Assembly: GCF_029250625.1 (NCBI RefSeq)
Contig: NZ_JAQXEX010000080.1
Source of the DNA: Poseidonia sp.
Lineage (GTDB): Archaea > Thermoplasmatota > Poseidoniia > Poseidoniales > Poseidoniaceae
Strand: one strand, 5' to 3'
Length of the DNA: 64,000 nucleotides
A program made the position numbers and the translations under genes. Each line of letters opens with the position of its first letter. The stretch's first letter is position 1. This document shows positions 35,901 through 43,668 of the stretch, in pieces. The notes under the pieces are model-generated. The model saw only the letters and a list, made by a program, of their open reading frames with translations, did no database searches and was not told the DNA's origin.

Positions 35901-38286
35901 CGGAGAAGAGCGTCATGCAGGTTCTGCCGGTGTTGGCCAAGCCGTTTCATTGATCATCCAAGATTCGGTAGACCCCCCACAACAAATCACATTGAATTAT
36001 TGGGTTGGATGCCGAGCAAGCGATGCCATTGGTTGTAACGATTACAACTTTGACGGATTGCCCAATGAAGATGAGTATGAACGCAAAACCCTCTCTTCAC
36101 CTGAAACTAGGGTCGGCGGGCTCAACATCTTTGAGGGACTTATTGATGATTCAATGTTACTTCATGAGCAGCGAGTTTCTTACTTCATTACCGGAAAAGA
36201 TCAGCAAGACAATGAAATTGCGATGGGTGGGGGTCCAGTTTGCCCTGTGACCAACGTGGTTTGCGGAGACCGGCCAGGGGAAGTACTCCCCGATTGGTCC
36301 GCCGACTTATCCACATACACCATCCGGCAAGAGTTTGAACCCACGGTCGACCTGGGCAATTCGTCCATTCTTGGCCATGATGACTACGAGCCACTTCATC
36401 CTGGTATTCCTTACACTGCACGAATTCTCATCAGTGACCAAAACGGTTGGGATGACATTCAATTCATTCAAGTAGCACTTGGTGGCGACTTGGATGATGA
36501 TGAGGCATCATTGTTCATCAGTCTTGCACCGGATGCTAATGGGGACCCCGTCGCTGTAATGGAGACTGGCTCGGATTTCATCGCTGTATCAAACCTTTAC
36601 TCAACGGTGGACCTTGATGCTGACAACAAGAGTGTTGTTGTCATCCAAGCACGCTTCCAACTGACATGGCAGTTCCCCGAGTCGTTCGATACGGATGGTG
36701 TGAGTCATTTCGTGCCGAAGGTCTTGGTCACTGACTTGCCGTGCAACGAAGGCGAAACTGAACCGTGCTTTGAAACACGTTTCGGCATGGGTGATGATTG
36801 GTGGAGTTTGGACAATGACTTCCGATTTGATACCGAAGCAGGCCACATTCGTGCGGTAGAACTTCGCAACAGCGAAAATCACTACAATCCAGAGAACATT
36901 GAGACCATTATCGGGGCCGGCCAAGCCCTTCGAGTAAACGGTCGTGTATTGTTCTCTGAAGACGAGACACCGGCGCCTGCTGGAGCCTTTGATGTGGTCT
37001 TCGGGGATTTCGACAACAACTGGCGCACTTCCACTCGTGGAGACGGAGAATTCAGTCTTGATTTGTTGGTTCCTTCTGTTCGCTCAGGTCATCTTGACCT
37101 CCGATTGAGTATGGATGACTTGCCGGGCCTTGCCTTTGATGAAACGCCCGTTCAACCCCGTGTTCGCTTTGCAGTTGACAGTGTTCGGCCCACCATTGAG
37201 AGCATTGGTCTCAACACCGTTCTTCCGGGAGCGCCTCTCTCCATTGGAGACGCATCCAATCTGAAGGTCATGCTTGAAACCAAAGACGAAAATGGATTTG
37301 ACTTCAGCGCACCAGCCCTGCTCCATTACAGAGTTAAGGCCGGCGAGGCTGAGATTTCTCGAGGCAGTGTTCTCCTTCCAGACATTGCTCCATTTGGCTC
37401 TCAGTTCTTCTGGAGTGGTGTTCTTGACTTGACTGATTCTGGTGCCACGACCTTGCTTCCATCCTATACGGTTGATGTATGGATCTCAGGTTCGGATGAA
37501 GCAGGAAATCCATTTGATACCACGGGCAACTCGATGTCAGACCCCTTTGCCTCTTGGCCGCTTGCGCTTCTTGGCCCTCGTGTTGACCTTCAACACGAAG
37601 CCACTGTATTGCAGTGGGATAATCCAAGTCCGTATGAGGGCGAATCGGCTTCGATGTTAGTCACAGCGGAGAATCTTGCAGGCGACGGTAGCGTGTCCTT
37701 TGCCCTTCAACGGCTTGTTGACCGAGGATTCTGGTCTACAACGTCTGAAGTGAGCTTAGCGGCAACAACTGGCCAAACGCTTCGGGCTAGCTTGCCGACG
37801 GTTGCAGACGTGTCTGCTGGGCAATCTGTGCAATACAGAGTTCTTGTTCTTGTTGATGGTGTTGAGATGGATCGGCATACGGTTGATTCACTCATGGTCA
37901 AGGAAGAAACAGTACGTGATGGAGATGCATTGTCTCAGCAAGTATCCGATGATATGTTCAGCATAACCCTCTTCCTCATCGCTTTGATTTCTGTATCCTT
38001 TGGCTTATGGGCCATGGTGATGCGAAGAAGAATGCTGACCCCTGAGGATGAAGATGAGGCTGACCAAACCGATGTTGTCGATGCAGAAATGAATCAGAAC
38101 AGCAAACTGGTTCCGGACTTGGTTGAAGCGCCCGCTCCAACCCCACCTCAACCCAATATGGCTGCCCTGCCCCAACTTGACCGGACCGTTCCACCTCCTG
38201 TGCCTCCAACAGGACTACCGGATGGATGGACGACTGAGCAATGGAATTCATACGGATGGCAGTACATTGACGCACTAACAAAGTGA
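32905..38286 (+). CDS. giant membrane-anchored surface protein with Asp-box (BNR)-like modules and Pro-rich cytoplasmic tail
   Basis: ATG at 32905 (the track start at 32890 is GTG). N-terminal hydrophobic signal is FWLLVILMVTTPLSPLASF. S-x-D-x-G-x-x-W motifs are present (VSADNGTHWEQV, VSNDNGSTWLDA). C-proximal TM is FSITLFLIALISVSFGLWAMVM, followed by an acidic then PxxP-rich tail ending LPDGWTTEQWNSYGWQYIDALTK. Confidence 0.75.
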   Translation: MQGSDTHTFFSRGAFWLLVILMVTTPLSPLASFISEDSTAAAGTRHVYEFHDGSTEYVALYQGANPDTGAKVKLPRGALVTDVSMTLSGASATGWSQVVSDTRAQWVAGQATDMDDRSGDLTLAMDSISEAFYPHGFDEAADPQSDAWLDNGSYALRQPHTSNATEGLFSQQLTKTSSSFMAQSQGAILKHHDWLFLSTWSSSSFSNVVHRLYANNASRESIITLDQAQCNLPQKHSSSYYGYYGFRDWTVTDDERLFGIISGYRSVSSSTAPVNYHRVLEMDISRDSVWTCIDSYDISAGAGDYTGIAYDKDTGKIWVAHNQGNKIVSYDFSGDGTSNWDRDEKYYTFTSSSTSTRECGQSNQMVRGLEVNSTTFFMRCQKDSYYNDRDQLEAWDISGSAQALIPQSNTRQISRLGYGLQFDGDRFITVDSGYSTWSGATLYYREFGTSWIYETTPAPGTTTWYGPVTEYTSDVLSANVQTYWSAASIGDRVDYWVSADNGTHWEQVVSNSTIHFDYPGKELVWKAQLIGSTAVSWWVDIDTATAYTASGDWTSPYYNTGTKVGKVRPAWVADTPAGTTIQVVVSNDNGSTWLDAENNVETSFSTDTAGNTLRYAIFMTTNNTAITPTIESFILWYEEGYPDRPMIDIGGDGVYDWEAKIFLNESAVVASDDSQVGVIVKKAPTLIDAFNDYIPENGEGMLEVPIGIKAATSGRIRVSNIDVTYAMQTRAIDASFEGGLASPDGTYRNFITRVAPGDDVDRVTEATIELNHSHGANPSVTWMRGDSCNTNSDAGGIVVFDTGNCTSTVDALGVVSIWIPTMVNWSWDDEADLEAIITVKDDLGVAVDRWDTTSMDLVVENDIQLDGLRVWEETGRQLYPMDWVRGGFNLSFAGGLHFQDSQLMPPAGSFSLRVIGQNVSYDGDPIGASVLLHEEVNPAFGDYNLTFVSPIESAPGGMIFYVQAVDLENGSTYSNPGYNSIRLILDGNSPLVLSTTPSDGEERHAGSAGVGQAVSLIIQDSVDPPQQITLNYWVGCRASDAIGCNDYNFDGLPNEDEYERKTLSSPETRVGGLNIFEGLIDDSMLLHEQRVSYFITGKDQQDNEIAMGGGPVCPVTNVVCGDRPGEVLPDWSADLSTYTIRQEFEPTVDLGNSSILGHDDYEPLHPGIPYTARILISDQNGWDDIQFIQVALGGDLDDDEASLFISLAPDANGDPVAVMETGSDFIAVSNLYSTVDLDADNKSVVVIQARFQLTWQFPESFDTDGVSHFVPKVLVTDLPCNEGETEPCFETRFGMGDDWWSLDNDFRFDTEAGHIRAVELRNSENHYNPENIETIIGAGQALRVNGRVLFSEDETPAPAGAFDVVFGDFDNNWRTSTRGDGEFSLDLLVPSVRSGHLDLRLSMDDLPGLAFDETPVQPRVRFAVDSVRPTIESIGLNTVLPGAPLSIGDASNLKVMLETKDENGFDFSAPALLHYRVKAGEAEISRGSVLLPDIAPFGSQFFWSGVLDLTDSGATTLLPSYTVDVWISGSDEAGNPFDTTGNSMSDPFASWPLALLGPRVDLQHEATVLQWDNPSPYEGESASMLVTAENLAGDGSVSFALQRLVDRGFWSTTSEVSLAATTGQTLRASLPTVADVSAGQSVQYRVLVLVDGVEMDRHTVDSLMVKEETVRDGDALSQQVSDDMFSITLFLIALISVSFGLWAMVMRRRMLTPEDEDEADQTDVVDAEMNQNSKLVPDLVEAPAPTPPQPNMAALPQLDRTVPPPVPPTGLPDGWTTEQWNSYGWQYIDALTK

Positions 38287-38295
38287 GCTGATTCA

Positions 38296-38742
38296 ATGGA
38301 ACCCTCTGCTGGCGATGTTGACGGTCTTGTGACCCTGCAAGAACGAATGGTGAACCTCATCAATCAACTGAACATGCCCCTTGTTGAAGTGTCCTTGGTT
38401 CTTCAAAAGCATATCAAGGGTCTTGGGCAATCTCTGGACGAGTACTTGGCCTCATCAGGAGGCACCGTTCCCGAACGCGTATCTCAACCTTGGCCGGTTT
38501 CTGAATCAACATCTTCCCCACCATCAAATTTCCCTTTGGAAAAGGTCCTCAGTATCGTTGACCATCAACGAATGGACATTCTTGAAACGCTCATCCGCGT
38601 GACGCTCATTGAGATTGAAGTGTCCCTCATTGATGGGATTCTAGCCTTGCGTGCATGGGAACAATTGGCCAGGACTCAACTTTCCCTTGCATCCGGACCA
38701 GGGCAGTTGTTCTCCCCGCTTGAGATTCCAGATGACTGGTAG
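38296..38742 (+). CDS. hypothetical small acidic cytoplasmic protein, probably co-transcribed with the 1,794-aa surface protein
   Basis: ATG lies 10 nt after the upstream stop. No TM; helical-looking; ends ...SPLEIPDDW. No family recognised. Confidence 0.5.
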   Translation: MEPSAGDVDGLVTLQERMVNLINQLNMPLVEVSLVLQKHIKGLGQSLDEYLASSGGTVPERVSQPWPVSESTSSPPSNFPLEKVLSIVDHQRMDILETLIRVTLIEIEVSLIDGILALRAWEQLARTQLSLASGPGQLFSPLEIPDDW

Positions 38743-38779
38743 GGATGAGATTCAAAAACAACCGTGGCGAGGAGAGGAC

Positions 38780-39565
38780 ATGGGGGCTCAGCGAACGAAG
38801 GTTGCGCTATTTGTCTTCGCCCTGCTATCGGCCAGCCTGTCGGGCTGTTTTGGAGATTCTTTGGAGATCTTACCGGAGCGAAAAGGTATTCCTGGAGGGC
38901 TCACGCTTGCTTGTCTCCAAGACGACGCATACACATCCATGGTGATTGAAATTGACTACGAGGCTGGTTACAAACCCATGACCAGCAGCACGGACATGTT
39001 GGTTGACCGTCTGGAAAGTGTCTGTGATAAACCGGGTGGGATTTCCATAGATTTCACAGAAGTGGACTTTGGTCACAGTGGGGATTGGTCAGCGAATGAT
39101 GTTCGTGAAGAGGCATGGGACAACAAGGATACATCTCCCCGTGAAGGGTCAATATTGACATGGCAGATCATCTTCCCTTCAGGGACTTACGCTGACAGTT
39201 CGGTTCTTGGAGTTGCCGTTGATGCCTCTACAGTGGCTCTTTTCGGTGATTCCATTCAGACCGCAAACGGTCCTTTCAATCGACCTTCTGTTGAAGATGT
39301 TGAAAACAGTGTCATCGTTCATGAAGTGGGTCACCTTCTCGGCTTGGTCAATCTAGTCTACCAGTCACCTGTGGACCATGAAGATGAGGACAATGAAGGG
39401 CATTCAAACAATGATGATTCTGTCATGTATTGGGCGATTGAATCAGCAGACCTTGCGAATTTTATCTTTGGAACCCTTCCCAATGATTTTGATGATGACG
39501 ACCTGGCCGACCTTGCAGGAATGGCCGATGGGTCAATCAAAGTGACGGATCAATTGTGGAGTTAG
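38780..39565 (+). CDS. lipoprotein-type zinc metalloprotease (metzincin-like)
   Basis: ATG at 38780 is preceded by GGAGAGG. Lipobox-like signal is ALFVFALLSASLSGCFGD. HEVGHLLGL zinc motif at 39320-39334 with a downstream SVMYW possible Met-turn. The track start at 38651 overlaps the previous ORF. Confidence 0.7.
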   Translation: MGAQRTKVALFVFALLSASLSGCFGDSLEILPERKGIPGGLTLACLQDDAYTSMVIEIDYEAGYKPMTSSTDMLVDRLESVCDKPGGISIDFTEVDFGHSGDWSANDVREEAWDNKDTSPREGSILTWQIIFPSGTYADSSVLGVAVDASTVALFGDSIQTANGPFNRPSVEDVENSVIVHEVGHLLGLVNLVYQSPVDHEDEDNEGHSNNDDSVMYWAIESADLANFIFGTLPNDFDDDDLADLAGMADGSIKVTDQLWS

Positions 39566-39884
39566 GGTCAAACGCAAGTGCGTCACGCCATGCATCGAAA
39601 ATTGACCATAGCCAAAGTGCGATCCACAAGACGATGGTCAGTGCAAGTGGGATTTGAAGCAGAAGCCAATCAAAACCTCGCCGGTGTTTGCGATTAAAAT
39701 GCTGACCAAGAAACAGTCCTGGGACTACGGCAAGAAGGGCAGCAAAGAGCGGGCGAAATGCACCCCATGTCCCGACGCCAAAGGTGATTTCCCGCCAAAT
39801 CTCTTTTGCGAGACGAAACGGCATGAAACCGGTTCGTTGTTCTTGGGCTTCGGGGGAAAATTGGACGACCAATTCTTCTTCCAT
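39537..39884 (-). CDS. small two-TM membrane protein
   Basis: ATG at 39884 (MEEELVVQF...). Hydrophobic helices are FRPLFAALLAVVPGLFLG and LLLQIPLALTIVLWIALWLWSIF. The 3' end overlaps the convergent protease gene by 29 nt. Confidence 0.5.
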   Translation of the reverse strand: MEEELVVQFSPEAQEQRTGFMPFRLAKEIWREITFGVGTWGAFRPLFAALLAVVPGLFLGQHFNRKHRRGFDWLLLQIPLALTIVLWIALWLWSIFDAWRDALAFDPNSTIDPSL

Positions 39885-39978
39885 ATGTCCCACTGCCTTT
39901 TGGTGGGAACCGTTCCTTGTCAATCTAACCCCTGTTTTGAGCCGGATGGATGAAAAACTGAACCCTCATGTGAAATGC

Positions 39979-40992
39979 ATGGGCACTCAACGAATTCTCG
40001 TTACAGGGTACGGACCCTTTGGGACCCATGACACCAACCCGAGTCAGGAAGTAGCGCTCCGGTTGCGAGGGATGCATCGGGTTAGCGACTCCTCAGGCTC
40101 GGTGACACAAGAATTTGAAATCACATCCAGAATCCTTTCAGTTGACCGATCTGGTGCCACAGAAACATCAAAGGCGGTTCTTTCTGGTGAGCGGTGGGAT
40201 GCAATTCTTCACATCGGCTTGTGTGGTTCATGTGAGCGTCCCCGGCTTGAACAAAGGGCACAGGACCACCTTGACATGCGCATTCAAGACAACAGTGGAA
40301 GGGCCGTGAAGTCTTCTAAAATTGGCGGTCACGGTCACCTTGGTTCATGGATGGACCTTGGCAACTGGACGCAATCATCCTTCCCGACTCCGGTTGACAT
40401 CTCCCATGACGCAGGTTCATTTGTCTGCAATGAGACGTATTATCACACGTTGCATGCTTTGCAATCAGTTCACGAAGGTAACCTTCCACCTCCATGCCTT
40501 TTTCTTCACATCCCTTCTGAAGACCGACTCGATGTTGAAACAAGCTCCCACTTGGCAATGCAATGCTTGGAGAACATGTTAGCCCTTCGGGAACGCTCAG
40601 TGATTGAGGTTGTTGCAGCTCTCATCCACAATGAAGATGGGAGGGTGCTTCTTGCTCAACGCAGTGACGACGAGACCTGGGAATTTCCGGGTGGGAAGTG
40701 TGAACCGGGTGAACCTTGGAAGGAAGCAGTAGTGCGGGAATTGCATGAAGAATTATCAGTTAGAATTGTAGCCAAACGGATTGTTGGAACATGGGAGCAT
40801 CGCCGAAACGAAGTTCTTCTTCGCATCCATTTGGTTGAATGCAGTATCATTGGAGGTTCCGTTCAAATCGATACGAAGGTACACGGGGACGTGAGATGGT
40901 ACGACCCCTCTCTACCAGAGCCGTTGAACTGGACGGGCCGTGATGGTGAGATGATGGAATATCTTGCCCTGCATGAATCAATGCCATGTTGA
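39979..40992 (+). CDS. pcp: pyroglutamyl-peptidase I (C15) fused to a NUDIX (MutT-like) hydrolase domain
   Basis: N-terminal half: MGTQRILVTGYGPFG, AILHIGL, LEQRAQD, AGSFVCNETYYH (Cys codon 40426-40428) and FLHIP match the Pcp Glu/Cys/His pattern. C-terminal half has the Nudix box GGKCEPGEPWKEAVVRELHEELSV (40690-40761). The start could also be the ATG at 39946. Confidence 0.8.
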   Translation: MGTQRILVTGYGPFGTHDTNPSQEVALRLRGMHRVSDSSGSVTQEFEITSRILSVDRSGATETSKAVLSGERWDAILHIGLCGSCERPRLEQRAQDHLDMRIQDNSGRAVKSSKIGGHGHLGSWMDLGNWTQSSFPTPVDISHDAGSFVCNETYYHTLHALQSVHEGNLPPPCLFLHIPSEDRLDVETSSHLAMQCLENMLALRERSVIEVVAALIHNEDGRVLLAQRSDDETWEFPGGKCEPGEPWKEAVVRELHEELSVRIVAKRIVGTWEHRRNEVLLRIHLVECSIIGGSVQIDTKVHGDVRWYDPSLPEPLNWTGRDGEMMEYLALHESMPC

Positions 40993-41493
40993 CGCTTCTC
41001 CATCATCAAGCATGGAGCGTTCATCGTTGATTGTTCGTGGAACTTGTGCACGGCCATTATGCCATGTTGCCGCTTCGAGCCATTCTTTCAGTCCAGAACC
41101 TTGGAGTTGGACCGTAATCACTCCACCAACCGGTTCTTTGCCCGGTATTGGAAAGGATACTTTTTCAACAACAGCAGCCTGTCTTGAAAGGGTGAATTCT
41201 GTACGGTCTTCAACGATATTCCGACTCATGAAGTCGAGAGCAGTATCAAGGATTCGTTGTTCGTGTAAGGCGGCAAGGAATGTTTGCATTGAAAGTCCAT
41301 CAAAAGACCACAACTCATCAATGGCAGACCCGAATGCGGGCTCCTCTGGCATTGCCTCAACGTTGGCCTCAGGAAAAAAAGAATGAACGGCTTGCATGAC
41401 TTTTTGCGGAGAATCTGCACCAGACAATACGGTCATCACCCTGATGCTGAGTCCTTCCCCGGTGCCTGTAAGCCGGAGTCTTGGTCCATCCAT
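40978..41493 (-). CDS. conserved archaeal protein, possibly UPF0201/DUF54 (COG1931) RNA-binding family
   Basis: ATG at 41493. From memory, segments QRILDTALDFM, RQAAVVEKVSF...GGVITVQL and LKEWL resemble DUF54 proteins. Unverified. Confidence 0.45.
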   Translation of the reverse strand: MDGPRLRLTGTGEGLSIRVMTVLSGADSPQKVMQAVHSFFPEANVEAMPEEPAFGSAIDELWSFDGLSMQTFLAALHEQRILDTALDFMSRNIVEDRTEFTLSRQAAVVEKVSFPIPGKEPVGGVITVQLQGSGLKEWLEAATWHNGRAQVPRTINDERSMLDDGEASTWH

Positions 41494-41582
41494 ATGCGGG
41501 CGAGTGGTTTGACCTTCAAGAAGATGCTGTGGGCGTCAATCCAAAGGCGAAGTGTGAAAATCTAAGCAGGATTCCACCGGTC

Positions 41583-42620
41583 ATGGACACATCCGATGGC
41601 CCCTTCATCGCCACGGTAATTCCAGTGCTCAACGAAGTGATGCATATCGAGGCGTGCTTGAACGGTCTTCTCAATCAGACGGTTTCTGAAACCTCTCATA
41701 TGATTTTGGTCATGGACGGTGGCTCAACTGACGGGACTGTTTCGCTCGTCGAACAACTCATTGAGCAAAACAAAGATTCCTCAACACCTCGGATTGAACT
41801 CCATCATAACCCCGGAAAAACCGTTGCTCACGGCCGAAACCTTGCACTTACGCACCTCCCGGAATCGGTTGAATTGATCATAGAACTCATTGGGCATGCA
41901 ACCGTAGAAGCAACTCACATTCAACAACGGCTTGATGCATGGAATGCGAGCGAGAAAAAAGAGGGTGTAACTCTGGCTGGAGTCGGTTGTAGAGTTGTTC
42001 AACGTCAGGGACACATACAGGGTGTGGAGCAGTGGATCGAGGGTTGCATCTCATCCCCCCTTGGTCACAGTGATGGCCAGTTCAGTCAATTTACAGGGAA
42101 CGGCCCAACTCGGATACCGGCCTTTGTTATGCATCGTCGCACGAGCGTTGAATCGGTCAACGGTTGGGATGAGAGGTTCATCACCAGTCAAGACAGCGAG
42201 CTCTCCATGCGCCTTCTTGATGCGGGTTATTCCCTCTACAGGGACGCCGAACCAACGGTCAGTATGGTCAAGCGAACATCACTGAAGCAATGGTGGAGAA
42301 TGGGTCATCGTTACGGTTTCTGGCGGACAAAAGTGCTGTTGAAACATCCAAAGAGAGCGAGTGCAGTTGAGTTTTTACCTCTCTTTGGGCTGGTACTTCT
42401 CGCTGGTTTGTTCTTCAGCGAACAGGTGTTGTGGTGGCTTCCAATTCCGTTGTACTCCGCCGTAATCATGTTCGAAGGTATTCGGCACGCCATTCGTACA
42501 GGGTCGTTGACTTCGGTGCTTGGCGTCCCGTTATGCTTGGTGATGCTGCATACCAGTTTCACCATCGGCCTGGCCGACGGTTTGGTCCGAAAGGGAAGGC
42601 CACCGAAGGACCGGAAATGA
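41583..42620 (+). CDS. family 2 glycosyltransferase with C-terminal TM helices (dolichyl-phosphate sugar synthase-like)
   Basis: ATVIPVLNEVMHIEACL and LVMDGGSTDGT are GT2 signatures. An internal QDSELSMRL motif is present. At least 2 hydrophobic helices lie at the C-terminus. ATG at 41583. Confidence 0.8.
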   Translation: MDTSDGPFIATVIPVLNEVMHIEACLNGLLNQTVSETSHMILVMDGGSTDGTVSLVEQLIEQNKDSSTPRIELHHNPGKTVAHGRNLALTHLPESVELIIELIGHATVEATHIQQRLDAWNASEKKEGVTLAGVGCRVVQRQGHIQGVEQWIEGCISSPLGHSDGQFSQFTGNGPTRIPAFVMHRRTSVESVNGWDERFITSQDSELSMRLLDAGYSLYRDAEPTVSMVKRTSLKQWWRMGHRYGFWRTKVLLKHPKRASAVEFLPLFGLVLLAGLFFSEQVLWWLPIPLYSAVIMFEGIRHAIRTGSLTSVLGVPLCLVMLHTSFTIGLADGLVRKGRPPKDRK

Positions 42621-42675
42621 GGCACAAGATGCCCATAGATACTTGAGTACAGTTGCTGACAGGAATTTGAATCAC

Positions 42676-43611
42676 ATGGAATCTCCACGCAGTTTCACCT
42701 CCCGAGGTTTGGCAGTCTTGCCCCTCTTGATCATGGGAGCCTGCCATCTTTCTATTCCACCGCTTCGTGCAATGTTTGAACTTGAACCTCGAATCATGTA
42801 CGCATGGTATGGATTATCTCTCATTCTCGGCTTTATCATTTTCAGGAAAACACGGGTGGTCAAGGATTTTGAATACAATCGTGTCAAGGCGATGAAGAAG
42901 ATAAAGCACGTCTATGATGCTGAAGAGCGTGGTGTTTGGAGTACTCAAGTGGAACTCGACCCCATCATGGACAATGTCACAAAAGCAGGATTGTCTCAGC
43001 CTGTTTCCAACCTTTCCAAAGAGGCCCCAGAGATGCAGGTCCCGGAAGACGACAAAATCGAAGTCAGCATGCTCAATGAAGCCAGGCACATTGTCAAGGC
43101 CAACGCCCGAGTAAGTGGACAGGGGTCTTTTGACGATGAGCAAATTACAGGGACGATTGGAGCGGTAAGAAAACCAACTCCAATGGACCGCTTCTTTGAT
43201 TTGATTTCTTCTTTATTTGGAAGAGACGCACGAGCTGAACGAGAAGAGCAAAGAAGAAATCGCCTTGCAGCAGCAGCTGCTTCATCGCCGGTAACCGCTC
43301 AACGTCCCGTCGCACCTCTTCGAATCGAAGGTCAACGGGATGATGTGGAAGTCAACATGACCAGTTACAGCGATTCTGGAGGCGTGAATACCGTCATCAC
43401 TTCGTCGGGTAAAGAACTCAAAACCGGTACTGAACCCGCAAATCAGGCTCAAACAACAAGTCCAACCGAGTCGTACGAATCCATGGCCATGCTCGGGACA
43501 GTTGGTGCTCATGCCCGTCCAGCAACCACTACAGGTCTTGTCTGCAGAGGATGCAATTCGTCCGTCACCGTAGGTGAGCGATTTTGCCCGAACTGTGGCT
43601 TGGATCTTTGA
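42676..43611 (+). CDS. membrane protein with C-terminal zinc ribbon
   Basis: ATG at 42676. N-terminal TMs are LAVLPLLIMGACHL and AWYGLSLILGFIIF. A charged linker follows. The C-terminus is CRGCNSSVTVGERFCPNCG. Confidence 0.6.
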   Translation: MESPRSFTSRGLAVLPLLIMGACHLSIPPLRAMFELEPRIMYAWYGLSLILGFIIFRKTRVVKDFEYNRVKAMKKIKHVYDAEERGVWSTQVELDPIMDNVTKAGLSQPVSNLSKEAPEMQVPEDDKIEVSMLNEARHIVKANARVSGQGSFDDEQITGTIGAVRKPTPMDRFFDLISSLFGRDARAEREEQRRNRLAAAAASSPVTAQRPVAPLRIEGQRDDVEVNMTSYSDSGGVNTVITSSGKELKTGTEPANQAQTTSPTESYESMAMLGTVGAHARPATTTGLVCRGCNSSVTVGERFCPNCGLDL

Positions 43612-43668
43612 GACCTGTTCCGTGAGATTCAAAGGTGTCCTGTTCTCGTCTTGGTTTGGGGCGAGGCT

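Noticed and set aside
38215-38283. Calling the Trp-rich tail ends bona fide WW domains
   Set aside because: The segments are only ~20 aa and lack the full ~35-aa WW spacing with a terminal Pro after the second Trp. They are reported only as a recurring motif, not as a domain assignment.
801-38286. Island as an integrated mobile element or prophage
   Set aside because: I recognised no integrase, transposase, terminase, capsid or conjugation genes, no flanking tRNA and no obvious terminal direct repeats. The content is surface proteins, and purD is embedded in it.
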